A DNA stretch of 64,000 nucleotides from Bdellovibrionales bacterium. GTDB taxonomy: Bacteria > Bdellovibrionota > Bdellovibrionia > Bdellovibrionales > JAGQZY01. Position numbers and translations under genes: made by a program. Below the pieces are notes generated by a model, which was not told the origin of the DNA, did not search any database, and was given only the letters and a program-made list of their open reading frames with translations. Of the stretch, positions 52,749-62,388 are shown piece by piece. The stretch lies in contig CAXRHT010000002.1 in the NCBI GenBank assembly GCA_964230645.1, positions 512,001 through 576,000 of the forward strand. Direction: 5' to 3'. How positions within the stretch are numbered: position 1 is the stretch's first letter; each line of letters opens with the position of its first letter.

Positions 52749-53014
52749 AATACGAATTAAAAATTGTTCACGATCGCCTTATTTCTATTAAACTAGATGA
52801 ATGGACCAAAGAAAACCGCATTGGTGGCTACACCACACTACTCGTGCATCAGTCTTTTGGAGCTCACCATGGGCGTTTCAATCTTGACAATCTGTCAGGT
52901 GAAAAATTCTTGAGTTTGTTGTATTTTGAGGAGAATCAAGAAAATCTAGCAAGAAGAATTAAAGCTGAAATGCAGGCAGAAGACTTCTTTGTGGTCTTAT
53001 CGGAGCTGTTATGA
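52745..53014 (+). CDS. Divergent PII-like / SbtB-like small protein
   Basis: ATGA overlap with the sbtA-like stop; IGGYT...GAHHG pattern; PII size. Confidence 0.6.
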   Translation: MKYELKIVHDRLISIKLDEWTKENRIGGYTTLLVHQSFGAHHGRFNLDNLSGEKFLSLLYFEENQENLARRIKAEMQAEDFFVVLSELL

Positions 53015-53655
53015 AAAATTACGGACGCCTATTGTTGTTAATCTCTATTCTTTTAACAAGCTCATTGGGTCAAGCCGCCCGATCGAACTCTGGAATGTGG
53101 CTTGGTATTTTTCCTCATTTCAAAATAGCCGATAAGCAAAGAATTTCCCTGCAAGCCGAAGTCCGTAAGATTGGAGAGGAGCCTTTTGCACTGATCCGCC
53201 CCTCATACCACTATAATTTATCCGATTATGTGGTCCTGGGTGCCGGTTATGACCTCTTCACAGTTAGAAACACGGAGCAAAGAGTTTGGCCGGAGGTGGT
53301 CCTTAAAACCGCCTCCCCTGTTCTGAGTCAAAATCTTTCTCTTCGCATAAGGCAGGAGTTTCGCTTTATCAACAAAACGAGTGCCTCAGCCGAGCGACTA
53401 CGGGTCATGCTGCAAACCCATTTTATACTTTCACGCAAACATGGCCTGAGCGCTTTTATCTTCAACGAAGCTTTTTACTCGCAGTCCACCTTCTCAGGTG
53501 GTTCAGGAGACTTTGATCGTAACTGGTTAGGAGCCCGCATGCGCGTTCGAGGCAAAGAGGCCTACTACGAATTTGGTGGATTCTGGGAAAAGGTGAACGA
53601 CGCCACCTACTCGAGTGGCTTTGTTGGCGTGTTGTGGCTTGGTAAAAAGTTTTAA
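53011..53655 (+). CDS. DUF2490-like outer-membrane beta-barrel
   Basis: Signal peptide; EQRVWPE, RQEFRF, RLR, NEAF and FDRNW motifs; C-terminal F. Confidence 0.75.
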   Translation: MKNYGRLLLLISILLTSSLGQAARSNSGMWLGIFPHFKIADKQRISLQAEVRKIGEEPFALIRPSYHYNLSDYVVLGAGYDLFTVRNTEQRVWPEVVLKTASPVLSQNLSLRIRQEFRFINKTSASAERLRVMLQTHFILSRKHGLSAFIFNEAFYSQSTFSGGSGDFDRNWLGARMRVRGKEAYYEFGGFWEKVNDATYSSGFVGVLWLGKKF

Positions 53656-53677
53656 GTTGTTGCCTTTGGCCCCATTT

Positions 53678-53833
53678 TTAAAGGGGGTCTTCCGCCGGAG
53701 AATAATGGATAGCCGGCGGACCTAAAATGTAATTTTTAACTGGATTATCAAAGCTTAAAAACACAATGAGAATAAAAACAGACAGAATAAAAGTGAGTAG
53801 AAGAGACTGTATTATTTTTCTTTTCTTACTCAC
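53678..53833 (-). CDS. Unannotated 51-aa single-TM protein coupled to the RND gene
   Basis: GTG overlaps the RND TGA (GTGA); GAGGGAG RBS; MSKKRKIIQSLLLTFILSVFILIVFLSFDNPVKNYILGPPAIHYSPAEDPL. Confidence 0.6.
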   Translation of the reverse strand: MSKKRKIIQSLLLTFILSVFILIVFLSFDNPVKNYILGPPAIHYSPAEDPL

Positions 53834-56800
53834 TTCTCTCCCTCTTCTCGAATGACGACCCTTTTAGGTTTTATAAGAAGGTGGGCACAAGGCACCAAAT
53901 ACAGAGTGAAGAATGTCGAGAGTAGCACCCCACCGAGCACGGTAAGAGCCATCGGTACCCGCGTCTCACTTCCCGGGCCATAGGAAAGGGCTGGGGGCAC
54001 AGCGGCTGCAAGTGTCGCTGTTGTGGTCATTAAAATCGGACGAAGTCTTGTTGGACAGGCCTCTTTAAGAGCGTTAGCGAGTGTTTGCCCTTGATCTCTT
54101 AATTGATTGGTGAACTCCACAAGTAAGATTGAGTTCTTTTTAACAATTCCCATGGTCAGTAGAATTCCGATCGCACTATAAACATTCAATGACTGCCCCC
54201 CAAGGACCAGGCCAATAAACGAGCCTGTAAGACCAAAGGGAATGGCTATAAACACAATCATTGGATCAATAAAGGAGTTAAATTGAATGGCTAAAACCAT
54301 ATAGGCAATCACTAGACCTAAAAGCATAATAAGGACTGTTTCTAAGAGTTTGCTCTCTGGTGTCTCGTCAAAACGCACATAGTAATCCTCTGGCAGAACA
54401 TCACTGGCAATTTTTCGTACAGCACTGACGGCCTCCCCTAGGCGCACACCTTGTGCTAAGTCAGAGTCCACCCTGAGGCCACGAATACGATCTTCGCGGT
54501 AAATTTGTTGAGGACCTTCGGTTTCAATGACATCGACTACTTCGGTAAGACGCAAAAGCTCTCCCCGATTGTTGCGAATCAAAATTTTACTTAAATCCTC
54601 TTTTCTCTGCCTGTCCTCTTCTTGAAGCTGCACCCAAATATCAAAACGACGGTTACGATCCGTATACTGTCCAGCGACCGTCCCTCCAAAGGTGGCATTG
54701 ACGATATTAGCAATTTCGCTCACCTCTACCCCTCGGGATATTCCCTTTTCTCGGTTGGGCTGAACGTGAACCTCAGGGAGAGTGAGAACATCATCACTTC
54801 TTGTCCCGACCATGAGGTCGGTCGCAAGCATCTTTTTTTGAATTTCGAAAAAATACTCTTTTTGTTTTTCAGGGTCAGGGCCGTTGATGGTAAATTCCAG
54901 AGGACTTCCTCGGCGACCTTGGAAGGGACCACCCGAGCGATCGCGAATAAAAAACTTCATATCCTCTATGGACTTTACTTTTTCGCGCAGATCGGCCCCC
55001 ACTTCAAATTGGCTCAGACTGCGCTCTTCCCGATTTTTTAAAACCACAATTCCAATCCCCCGATTAGATTGCCCTCCGCGCCCAAAGCCTCCGACCGCCA
55101 TATAATAGCGATCAACAGCGGGGTGTTTTGAGACAATGGCTTCAAATTCTTTGACCTTACGTCCAGTGTAGTCAAGGGAGCTACCATCAGGGGCCTGGAA
55201 GCTTGTAAATAAAATTCCGGTGTCTTGTGGTGGAGCAAATTCAGTGGGTAGGACTTTAATAAAGTAAAGAGATCCAACAAAGACAAGAATCGAAGTGACT
55301 ATAGGCATCCACGGTCGAGCCAAACAAGCATTGAGTGTTCGACTGTAAAAGCGAGTCAATCCTTCCATGGTTTTCTCAAAGAACCTTCCAAACCAAGTGG
55401 TTCGCTCTTCGAGTTTTAAAAACTGGGAGCAACGCATAGGCGCAAGAGTGAGAGCTTCTAGAGAACTCAAACAAACAGCGACAGCAATCGTCACGGCAAA
55501 TTCAAAAAAGAAACGACCCTCAATAGAATTCATAAAAGTAATGGGCACAAAAATCGATACCAAGGCTGCGGTGGTCGCAATCACAGCAAAAGAAATTTCT
55601 CTAGAACCTTTAAAAGCCGCGTTGATGCGATCCCACCCCATTTGCATATAGCGCACGATATTTTCGAGCATAATAATGGCATCATCAACGACCACCCCAA
55701 TAGCAAGGGCTAAACCAAGAAGGGAGAAAGTATTAAGAGTAAATCCAAAGAGCTTTATAAAAATAAAGGTTCCTATAATGGCTGTAGGAATCGCTAAAAG
55801 AATATTGATCGTGGCCGACCAAGAGCCTAGAAAAATCCAACAGACAAGAGAGGTTAAAAAAGCTGAGAGAAAAAGGGTATAAATCAGTTCATTGACCGAA
55901 TCTCGAATAAACTGGGTGCGATCAAAATTGATATCAAGGACCGTTCCCTCAGGAAGGTCTTTATTGATTTCTTTGATCCTTTGTTTGACTAGATCCGCTG
56001 TAGCCACAGCGTTGACTCCCGTTTGCTTTTGAACGGCCATCCCTAGAGCCCGGCGTCCATTGAAACGCGAAGTTCGTCGAAGATTCTCAATACCTTCATA
56101 AACTTGGGCCACATCTTTTAATCGAAGATCCAAATAATTAGGCACTCCCCCACGGCGAGAGATCACCATATTTTCAAACTCGTCGACCTTCTCGGCCTCC
56201 CCCATAAGTCTCATATTTTTTTCTTGGTCTTTGAATTCGAGTCGACCGGCAGGAAGCTCCTGATGCTCTCTTGCCACACTACTAACGATGTCACCAGCTG
56301 TGAGCTGATAGCGGCGCAATTTCTCGGCGTTCAAATCGACTCTTAAAAGAGGTTCATGATATCCAAAGGCTCTCGTCTCGGCTACACCCTCAACCGTTGA
56401 TATGCGGTCTCTAATACGGTCTCGATAAAGAATCATAAGCTCACGGTCACTCAGGGTGTCGGAACTCACGTTTAAATACATGAGCGGCTCATCGGCAGCA
56501 TTGGATTTTGTCACAACAGGCGGATCAACTGCATCCGGTAACTCCCTTTGCGCTCTTCCCAGCAAGGTTTGAACTTCTTGCAGAGCAAAATCAATATCTC
56601 GATCGATATTAAATTCTAACGTAATGTTGGCTGTTCCCCGATCAGCCGTAGCCGTTATATTGCGAATGCCTTCCATAGACACCAGAACATTCTCGGCACT
56701 TTCAATCACATCTTTTTCGATAATTTCTGGAGTGGCACCGTCGTAGCCGTAACTAATTGTGATTGTGGGAAAGTCCACATCAGGGTTGTCATTGATTCCA

Positions 56801-56895
56801 ATGGTTCGAAAGGAGATGGCGCCGAAAAAAATTAGGGCGAACATTATAATCCAGGCAAAAACAGGACGGCGGATTGAAAGACTCGACAGACTCAA
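53830..56895 (-). CDS. RND transporter (AcrB/MdtBC family)
   Basis: SIRRPV, GVVVDDAIIMLENI, GIVKKNSILLVEF and RLRPILMT motifs. Confidence 0.95.
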   Translation of the reverse strand: MSLSSLSIRRPVFAWIIMFALIFFGAISFRTIGINDNPDVDFPTITISYGYDGATPEIIEKDVIESAENVLVSMEGIRNITATADRGTANITLEFNIDRDIDFALQEVQTLLGRAQRELPDAVDPPVVTKSNAADEPLMYLNVSSDTLSDRELMILYRDRIRDRISTVEGVAETRAFGYHEPLLRVDLNAEKLRRYQLTAGDIVSSVAREHQELPAGRLEFKDQEKNMRLMGEAEKVDEFENMVISRRGGVPNYLDLRLKDVAQVYEGIENLRRTSRFNGRRALGMAVQKQTGVNAVATADLVKQRIKEINKDLPEGTVLDINFDRTQFIRDSVNELIYTLFLSAFLTSLVCWIFLGSWSATINILLAIPTAIIGTFIFIKLFGFTLNTFSLLGLALAIGVVVDDAIIMLENIVRYMQMGWDRINAAFKGSREISFAVIATTAALVSIFVPITFMNSIEGRFFFEFAVTIAVAVCLSSLEALTLAPMRCSQFLKLEERTTWFGRFFEKTMEGLTRFYSRTLNACLARPWMPIVTSILVFVGSLYFIKVLPTEFAPPQDTGILFTSFQAPDGSSLDYTGRKVKEFEAIVSKHPAVDRYYMAVGGFGRGGQSNRGIGIVVLKNREERSLSQFEVGADLREKVKSIEDMKFFIRDRSGGPFQGRRGSPLEFTINGPDPEKQKEYFFEIQKKMLATDLMVGTRSDDVLTLPEVHVQPNREKGISRGVEVSEIANIVNATFGGTVAGQYTDRNRRFDIWVQLQEEDRQRKEDLSKILIRNNRGELLRLTEVVDVIETEGPQQIYREDRIRGLRVDSDLAQGVRLGEAVSAVRKIASDVLPEDYYVRFDETPESKLLETVLIMLLGLVIAYMVLAIQFNSFIDPMIVFIAIPFGLTGSFIGLVLGGQSLNVYSAIGILLTMGIVKKNSILLVEFTNQLRDQGQTLANALKEACPTRLRPILMTTTATLAAAVPPALSYGPGSETRVPMALTVLGGVLLSTFFTLYLVPCAHLLIKPKRVVIREEGEK

Positions 56896-58133
56896 CGGAC
56901 ACGTCCTTTGGGGATGTCACCCACCAGGGCTTTCATTTGGGCCCATGTCATTTTCGTTTCAAAAATCTGTTGGGAGTAGGTTTTTCTAACGGCCAAGTAA
57001 TTGTCTAGAACTTGCAAAGCGTCCAGATCACTGACAAGTCCTCGGTCGGCTTCTTTTTGATGTTCTTGATAATTTTTCCGGGCCACTTTAACGGCCTCTT
57101 CAAACTGGTTCAAAGTTTTTTGATGGAGGAAGAATTGTTCTTTTAAAGAATCAAACTCAATTCGTTGTGAGCGTTTGATATCCACCAATTGAGCTTTGAT
57201 TTGTTTGGCCTGAAGTTTTCGAATTTGAATTTCTGAGGAATCGTTTCCTCCCTCATAGAGCTCCCACCTTGCATTGAGGGTAATATCCCAAGAGGAGTCC
57301 TGCAAAATCCCCGCGCGGTCTAAATAATAGTTGGCATTAGCATCCACTGTAGGAAGGTAAGAGCCTCGAGCGGAGGCAACCGCCCGCTCAGCATTTTCTA
57401 ATAAAATTTCTGTGGCTTTAACTTGCGGTGTTTCCCCAATCTGATTCTCCCAATTGTTTTTATAAGAGATTTTCCCGGGGTCTTGGTAATCAATCAGTTG
57501 AGGCTTTGTCTCTAACCCACAAAGAGTCTTCAGCTGATTAATGAAAACAATTTTTTGCCTTTCACTTTGTGATCTCTCCGCCAAAATTCGAGAAAGTTGA
57601 GACTGAGCGGCCAGAAGTTCGGTGGGTTTACTGCGTCCAATATTCACTCGGGACTTAAGAGTTCGAACTCGGTCCCTTAGAGACTTTTCCTGATCCAAAT
57701 AAATTTCCACGTCTTTCTGGGCCCGAAGGGCTTGATAAAAAGCCTGGGCCACCTGGGCAAAGAGAAGACGCAATTGCCTTCTCTTTTCTAACTCAGCAAT
57801 CTTGGGAAGCCTTTTGGCAATAGCAAGGTTGTAGTACTCCGAGCCCCCCTGAAACAGGGGTTGCGAGAGTGAAAGAAAAGCGGTGTGCTGGTAGGCTTCA
57901 CCAAAAGGACCCACATCCGCTTGATCTCGCCATACATTATTGGAGTTTGCTGATATGGTGGGAAGGACTTGAGCGTAGGCCTGATCTTTTTGTTCTTCAG
58001 CAATCTCAGTGGCCCACTCTCTTTCCCGAATGGTGGCTGTATTTTCAACGGCCGCCTGAAAAAAATCCTCGAGCGTTTGCGCCTCACCCCTCAGAGTCAC
58101 CCACTGTAAAAGAACCAGGAAAAAAGCAAACAT
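56892..58133 (-). CDS. TolC-family outer-membrane channel
   Basis: LPTIS, LSQPLFQG, YLPTVD and WELYEGG motifs; overlaps the RND start. Confidence 0.9.
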   Translation of the reverse strand: MFAFFLVLLQWVTLRGEAQTLEDFFQAAVENTATIREREWATEIAEEQKDQAYAQVLPTISANSNNVWRDQADVGPFGEAYQHTAFLSLSQPLFQGGSEYYNLAIAKRLPKIAELEKRRQLRLLFAQVAQAFYQALRAQKDVEIYLDQEKSLRDRVRTLKSRVNIGRSKPTELLAAQSQLSRILAERSQSERQKIVFINQLKTLCGLETKPQLIDYQDPGKISYKNNWENQIGETPQVKATEILLENAERAVASARGSYLPTVDANANYYLDRAGILQDSSWDITLNARWELYEGGNDSSEIQIRKLQAKQIKAQLVDIKRSQRIEFDSLKEQFFLHQKTLNQFEEAVKVARKNYQEHQKEADRGLVSDLDALQVLDNYLAVRKTYSQQIFETKMTWAQMKALVGDIPKGRVR

Positions 58134-58248
58134 AGCACCCTTTTAAAAGTCTTGTGATCGAAATTAAATCACTTGATTGAACATAGCACAGTCGCCCTCT
58201 TTTTAGATTCATCTTGGCGCTCTTGGCCCCTTGTGTTAGATAGCCGAC

Positions 58249-59124
58249 ATGGAAACTGGACCCCAAAAAAATATTTCTCAAATCAGCTATCAAGAGCTTT
58301 TTAAGGATTTGTTTGAGGCTGTCACCGACCTTGAAAAAAAATGGTTCAAAACCTGTCGGGACCTCTTACTAGTGCCAGAGAAAGTCATCCATTCCTACTT
58401 GAACGAAGGCAAGACCCAGTATTTTTCTGTGTTCCGCTTTTTCCTGATGTCTTTGTTTCTTTCCTTTATGGCTTATTTGTTTTTTTACCAGCCCGTGAAA
58501 ATTGGGGGCCCTCTTTATAACGACCTGCTAGAGGGCTTCAAGCAAGGGGTGGGCCTGAAAGGAGCCGAGGCGAAAAGAAATTATGTGATCGATATAGAGA
58601 AATACAATTTTTTCTTCACCCAGTTTAGCGAACTCTTTACCAGGGTAACAAAACTTCTCTCGGCTCTGATTATTCCCTCACTTCTTGTGGGAATTTTTTT
58701 ATTTTTTAGAAAAAGGCAGTTTAACTTTGCTTCCCTTTTGGTGATCTCTCTTTTTTTAGGGGCGCAAGCTTCACTTATTGGGGCTGTGACTTTAACCCTC
58801 ATTGGCCTTTCGATGAGTGGCGTTTTTGAGGGCTCGGTTGAAATCAGCCTTTTCGTTCTTTTTGTGGAATCTCTTTATTTTCTCTACGCTCTTTACCGAA
58901 TCAACCGTGGTGAAATCTCAAAGCCCTTTCTTAGAAGTTTTGGAGCCACTGTCTTTTTGACCTCTTTTTACAGCCTCATGTCGATGGTGGCGGCGATTTT
59001 CGTCTATCTCTACGTGGGTTCTACCACCCCTAGCTTTTTAGTTAAAACCTACTCGGTTCCCGAGAGCAAAGCGCCCGTTCAAGAAAGCCCTTTTTACCCT
59101 GGTGAGGAAAAGCTCGCTCAATAA
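58249..59124 (+). CDS. DUF3667-like membrane protein
   Basis: FKTCRDLLLVPEKVIHSYLNEGKTQYFSVFRFF followed by several TM segments. Confidence 0.65.
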   Translation: METGPQKNISQISYQELFKDLFEAVTDLEKKWFKTCRDLLLVPEKVIHSYLNEGKTQYFSVFRFFLMSLFLSFMAYLFFYQPVKIGGPLYNDLLEGFKQGVGLKGAEAKRNYVIDIEKYNFFFTQFSELFTRVTKLLSALIIPSLLVGIFLFFRKRQFNFASLLVISLFLGAQASLIGAVTLTLIGLSMSGVFEGSVEISLFVLFVESLYFLYALYRINRGEISKPFLRSFGATVFLTSFYSLMSMVAAIFVYLYVGSTTPSFLVKTYSVPESKAPVQESPFYPGEEKLAQ

Positions 59125-59292
59125 TGCGAGGTATAATGATGGAAGAGCAGGTTTCCACTGTCCTCCTGATTGTTTTTTTGTGAGGGCAATCTAGGCATTG
59201 GATTTTGAACCCCTGCGCCTGTTCCCTTTTTTGGATTTATGGTAAACCCCTATTCTATTTAAACAAGTTAACACTCTAAAAGGAGAGGAATT

Positions 59293-59898
59293 ATGTTAGT
59301 TGGTCAAAAGGCTCCTGATTTCAAAGCCACCGCTGCGGTTAAAGGGGATTTCAAAGATGTTTCACTCAGTGATTTTAAAGGGAAATACGTTCTAATGTTT
59401 TTCTACCCTTTGGATTTCACATTTGTTTGCCCCACTGAATTGATGGCTTTCCAAAACAAGCTTTCTGAATTCAAAAATCGCAACACCGAAGTGGTTGGTT
59501 GCAGTGTCGACTCTCAGTTCACACACGCCGCTTGGACTTCCACCCCCAATAATAAAGGTGGAATCGAAGGTGTTGAGTACCCTCTTCTTGCCGATGTGGG
59601 TGGTCATATCTCTAAAAAATACGGAGTTCTTGCTGGTGAGTTTGACAACGAAGACGAATCCTACACTCCAGCCAATGTTTCTTACCGTGGAATGTTCTTA
59701 ATTGATAAAAAAGGCATTGTGCGCGCTCAGGTAATTACTGATGAGCCGGTTGGAAGAAACGTAGACGAAGCCCTTCGTCTTGTGGATGCTCTGCAGTTTT
59801 TTGAAGAGAACGGCACGGTTTGTCCTGCGAACTGGCAAAAAGGCGATCAAGGTCTCAAGAAAACCCAAAAAGACTTGGGTGAGTATCTTTCAAAGTAA
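59293..59898 (+). CDS. ahpC: 2-Cys peroxiredoxin
   Basis: FYPLDFTFVCPTE, GRNVDE and VCPANW motifs. Confidence 0.95.
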   Translation: MLVGQKAPDFKATAAVKGDFKDVSLSDFKGKYVLMFFYPLDFTFVCPTELMAFQNKLSEFKNRNTEVVGCSVDSQFTHAAWTSTPNNKGGIEGVEYPLLADVGGHISKKYGVLAGEFDNEDESYTPANVSYRGMFLIDKKGIVRAQVITDEPVGRNVDEALRLVDALQFFEENGTVCPANWQKGDQGLKKTQKDLGEYLSK

Positions 59899-59927
59899 GG
59901 AAGCTCTATCTCAGCTTCGTTTATCAA

Positions 59928-59954
59928 AAGGCTCTTCATGGAAGGGCCTTTTTT
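59928..59954 (+). terminator. Intrinsic terminator of ahpC
   Basis: AAGGCTCTTC/GAAGGGCCTT stem followed by a T tract. Confidence 0.65.
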
Positions 59955-60765
59955 ATTTTACCTGATCAAGAAAAAACTGATTGAGTTTCTCTTCGTAAAA
60001 CCACCAAGTTTTGACAATGCTCCAAAAGTGACTAGAGTCGAATTCGTAGAGAGGCTCCGGGTTGAAAGCTTCCACCCAGTTTTTTTGATGCTCTGTTTTG
60101 ACCGTCTCGTCTTTGTTGGCGACAACAAGAGCTAGGCTTTTATTAGAAATGACTTCTTGATAGTTAAGTGCGTCCAGGTCGTCATCAATATTGGCGTTGA
60201 GTGCCTGGGCGTACTCCTCAGTGGATTCAAAACCAAACTTTTCTTTTCGTTTTTTACGGTACTCCTTGAGCGTGGATTCATCGGAGGTGGCAATCACTTC
60301 GTGAATGGGGCCCCCACCCGCGATTAAAAAACCGGCTTTGAGCTTTTCATGGCGACCAAGAGCTGTTGCACTATGAAGGGCTCCAACACTGGTTCCAACA
60401 ATTCCCATAAATGGAGCAGAAAAATTTTTTAAAACCGTATCGATGGCCTCTTGCCCACGGGAAAGGAGTTGTTGGTGGATTTCAAGAGATAGGGATTCTT
60501 CCCCTAGGCCCTGCCAGCCCTCGATGATCAAGGCTTCAAAACCACTCTGACAAAGACTGCCAGCATACTGTCGATCCAGAAAGTTACTTCCTCCTGTTGG
60601 GGGCATGATAAGAATCAGTCCCAATGAGTTTTCTGGAGAATAATAAGAAACTTTCACCTTATTGCTGCCTAGAACCATATCCTCGGCCCTACAGGAGGAG
60701 TGGCTTTTAGAAGCGCAACCCAGGTTAAACATGAGCAGACAAACGAACAGGCGAAAGTTTTTCAT
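59953..60765 (-). CDS. Alpha/beta-hydrolase-fold lipoprotein
   Basis: Lipobox NLGC; PPTGG, GTSVG nucleophile elbow, DETV and SH motifs. Confidence 0.75.
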   Translation of the reverse strand: MKNFRLFVCLLMFNLGCASKSHSSCRAEDMVLGSNKVKVSYYSPENSLGLILIMPPTGGSNFLDRQYAGSLCQSGFEALIIEGWQGLGEESLSLEIHQQLLSRGQEAIDTVLKNFSAPFMGIVGTSVGALHSATALGRHEKLKAGFLIAGGGPIHEVIATSDESTLKEYRKKRKEKFGFESTEEYAQALNANIDDDLDALNYQEVISNKSLALVVANKDETVKTEHQKNWVEAFNPEPLYEFDSSHFWSIVKTWWFYEEKLNQFFLDQVK

Positions 60766-60782
60766 AAGGTCTTACTAACAGA

Positions 60783-61139
60783 TTAAGACTTGGCTTGCCA
60801 GGAAAGACACCAGCCTTTTGACTTCACAAGCTTACCTTTAAAAATTTGGCAGGGAGCCATTTCTGCTTTCTTAAGTGCTTCTTTTCCAAGAGGGGCACAG
60901 TCTTTATCACCTTGCATACACACATTGTATTTTGCACAGTTGTTACAGAAAGCTTTTTTGTCTGATCTCATCTTCGAAGCTTTGCTGGCATCATGCTTAT
61001 ATTGCATGGCATTGGCGAGAGTATCTTTCTCACTGATCAGCTCCATTTTGGATTTCTTTTTACCTGCTAAGGCCACATTGGGAAAAAGGGCTAAAAGAGG
61101 AAGGCTACCAAGAGCTTTGAGGGATGTTCTACGATTCAT
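60783..61139 (-). CDS. Tat-exported high-potential iron-sulfur protein (HiPIP)
   Basis: NRRTSLK Tat motif; Y...CNNC...CQIF.GK.V...GWC..W. Confidence 0.85.
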   Translation of the reverse strand: MNRRTSLKALGSLPLLALFPNVALAGKKKSKMELISEKDTLANAMQYKHDASKASKMRSDKKAFCNNCAKYNVCMQGDKDCAPLGKEALKKAEMAPCQIFKGKLVKSKGWCLSWQAKS

Positions 61140-61270
61140 GGGATCTCCTTTTTTTCGAATTCCCTAGAAAGTTAAGTGCAAGTCAAATGAAAATCAATCG
61201 ATCACGCGCCGTATAGGATCGTTTACATGGCCTTGAACAAAATTACACAATTTGAAGGGGTTCAATGGGA

Positions 61271-61390
61271 GGATTCTTCGCTTCGCTCAGAATGACAGGG
61301 GGGACTCATTGTCATCCGGAGAAGATTCTTCGCTTCGCTCAGAATGACAATGGGGAATCAATGTCATCCTGAGGCGCAGCCGAAGGATCT
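61271..61390. repeat. REP-like palindrome cluster
   Basis: GATTCTTCGCTTCGCTCAGAATGACA twice (within 61271-61297 and 61323-61349); truncated TGTCATCCGGA at 61310; TGTCATCCTGAGGCGCAGCCGAAGGATCT at 61362-61390. Confidence 0.9.
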
Positions 61391-61424
61391 TGCGCGCGGG
61401 AATGTTAGCTAGGTTTAACCAATT

Positions 61425-62249
61425 TTAGTGAAAACCCTTCTCCATTAGCTGATGCATGGAGCTTGCTACCTCTTGGGCTTTTTGAGCAAAATCATCTTTC
61501 TCTGAAGCGTAGAGAATCGCGCGCGAGGAATTAATAATCAGTCCTCCTTGATTGTCCACGCGCCTTCCGTATTCAATCACAGATTCGAGATCCCCTCCCT
61601 GCGCTCCAACACCGGGAACCAAGAACCAAGCCTCCGGAAAACGGTCCCTGATCTTTCTGAGCTCTTTAATGGCTGTGGCCCCCAGAACTAAACCTAAATT
61701 TTCGTTTTTATTCCAGGAGTTTAGAGCTCTTTCTGCAACGAAAGTGTAAAAGGGCTGACCATCGCCAACGGTGAGGTTTTGGAACTCTTTGGCTCCCTCA
61801 TTAGAGGTACGACAAAGAACAAAGACACCCTTTTTCTTATATTTCGAAAAAGGAGTGATGGTATCGCCCCCCATATAGGGATTTACGGTCACGGCGTCGG
61901 CTTGATAGCGCTCAAAAGCCTCCATGGCGTACATTTCCGCTGTGGTGCCTATATCGCTGCGCTTAGCATCCAGTAAAATCGAGCAGCTCGGATAATTTTG
62001 TTTAATATATTCAATAATTTGAGCCAACGAGCTCTCAAGCCCGTAAGCAGAAAAGTAGGCCACCTGAGGCTTAAAGCAACAGGCAAACATATGGGTGTGA
62101 TCAACGATTTCCTTAAGGAAATTAAAGACTTCCTCTGGTTTGCCGCGCATGGGTTTTGGCATTCGGTCCAAATGAGGGTCTAATCCCACACACAAATAGG
62201 TTTTTTTTAGTTTCTGCTCTTTTAGTAACTTCTCGAAGAAATCGTTCAT
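61425..62249 (-). CDS. pyrF: Orotidine-5'-phosphate decarboxylase
   Basis: LCVGLDP, FKPQ, LDAKRSDIGTT, CRTSN, PGVGAQGG and INSSR motifs. Confidence 0.96.
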   Translation of the reverse strand: MNDFFEKLLKEQKLKKTYLCVGLDPHLDRMPKPMRGKPEEVFNFLKEIVDHTHMFACCFKPQVAYFSAYGLESSLAQIIEYIKQNYPSCSILLDAKRSDIGTTAEMYAMEAFERYQADAVTVNPYMGGDTITPFSKYKKKGVFVLCRTSNEGAKEFQNLTVGDGQPFYTFVAERALNSWNKNENLGLVLGATAIKELRKIRDRFPEAWFLVPGVGAQGGDLESVIEYGRRVDNQGGLIINSSRAILYASEKDDFAQKAQEVASSMHQLMEKGFH

Positions 62250-62388
62250 AACCCACCATAAAACTGACAATTTTTGTAAGAATGACTTATCCCCGAGCCA
62301 ATTTCAATGTGAGAAGCGAAAAAATAAGTTCAGAGCCCTCATTTTTGGCCTCCTTCTTGCTCATTTAATAGGAAAAAGGAGATCGAAA

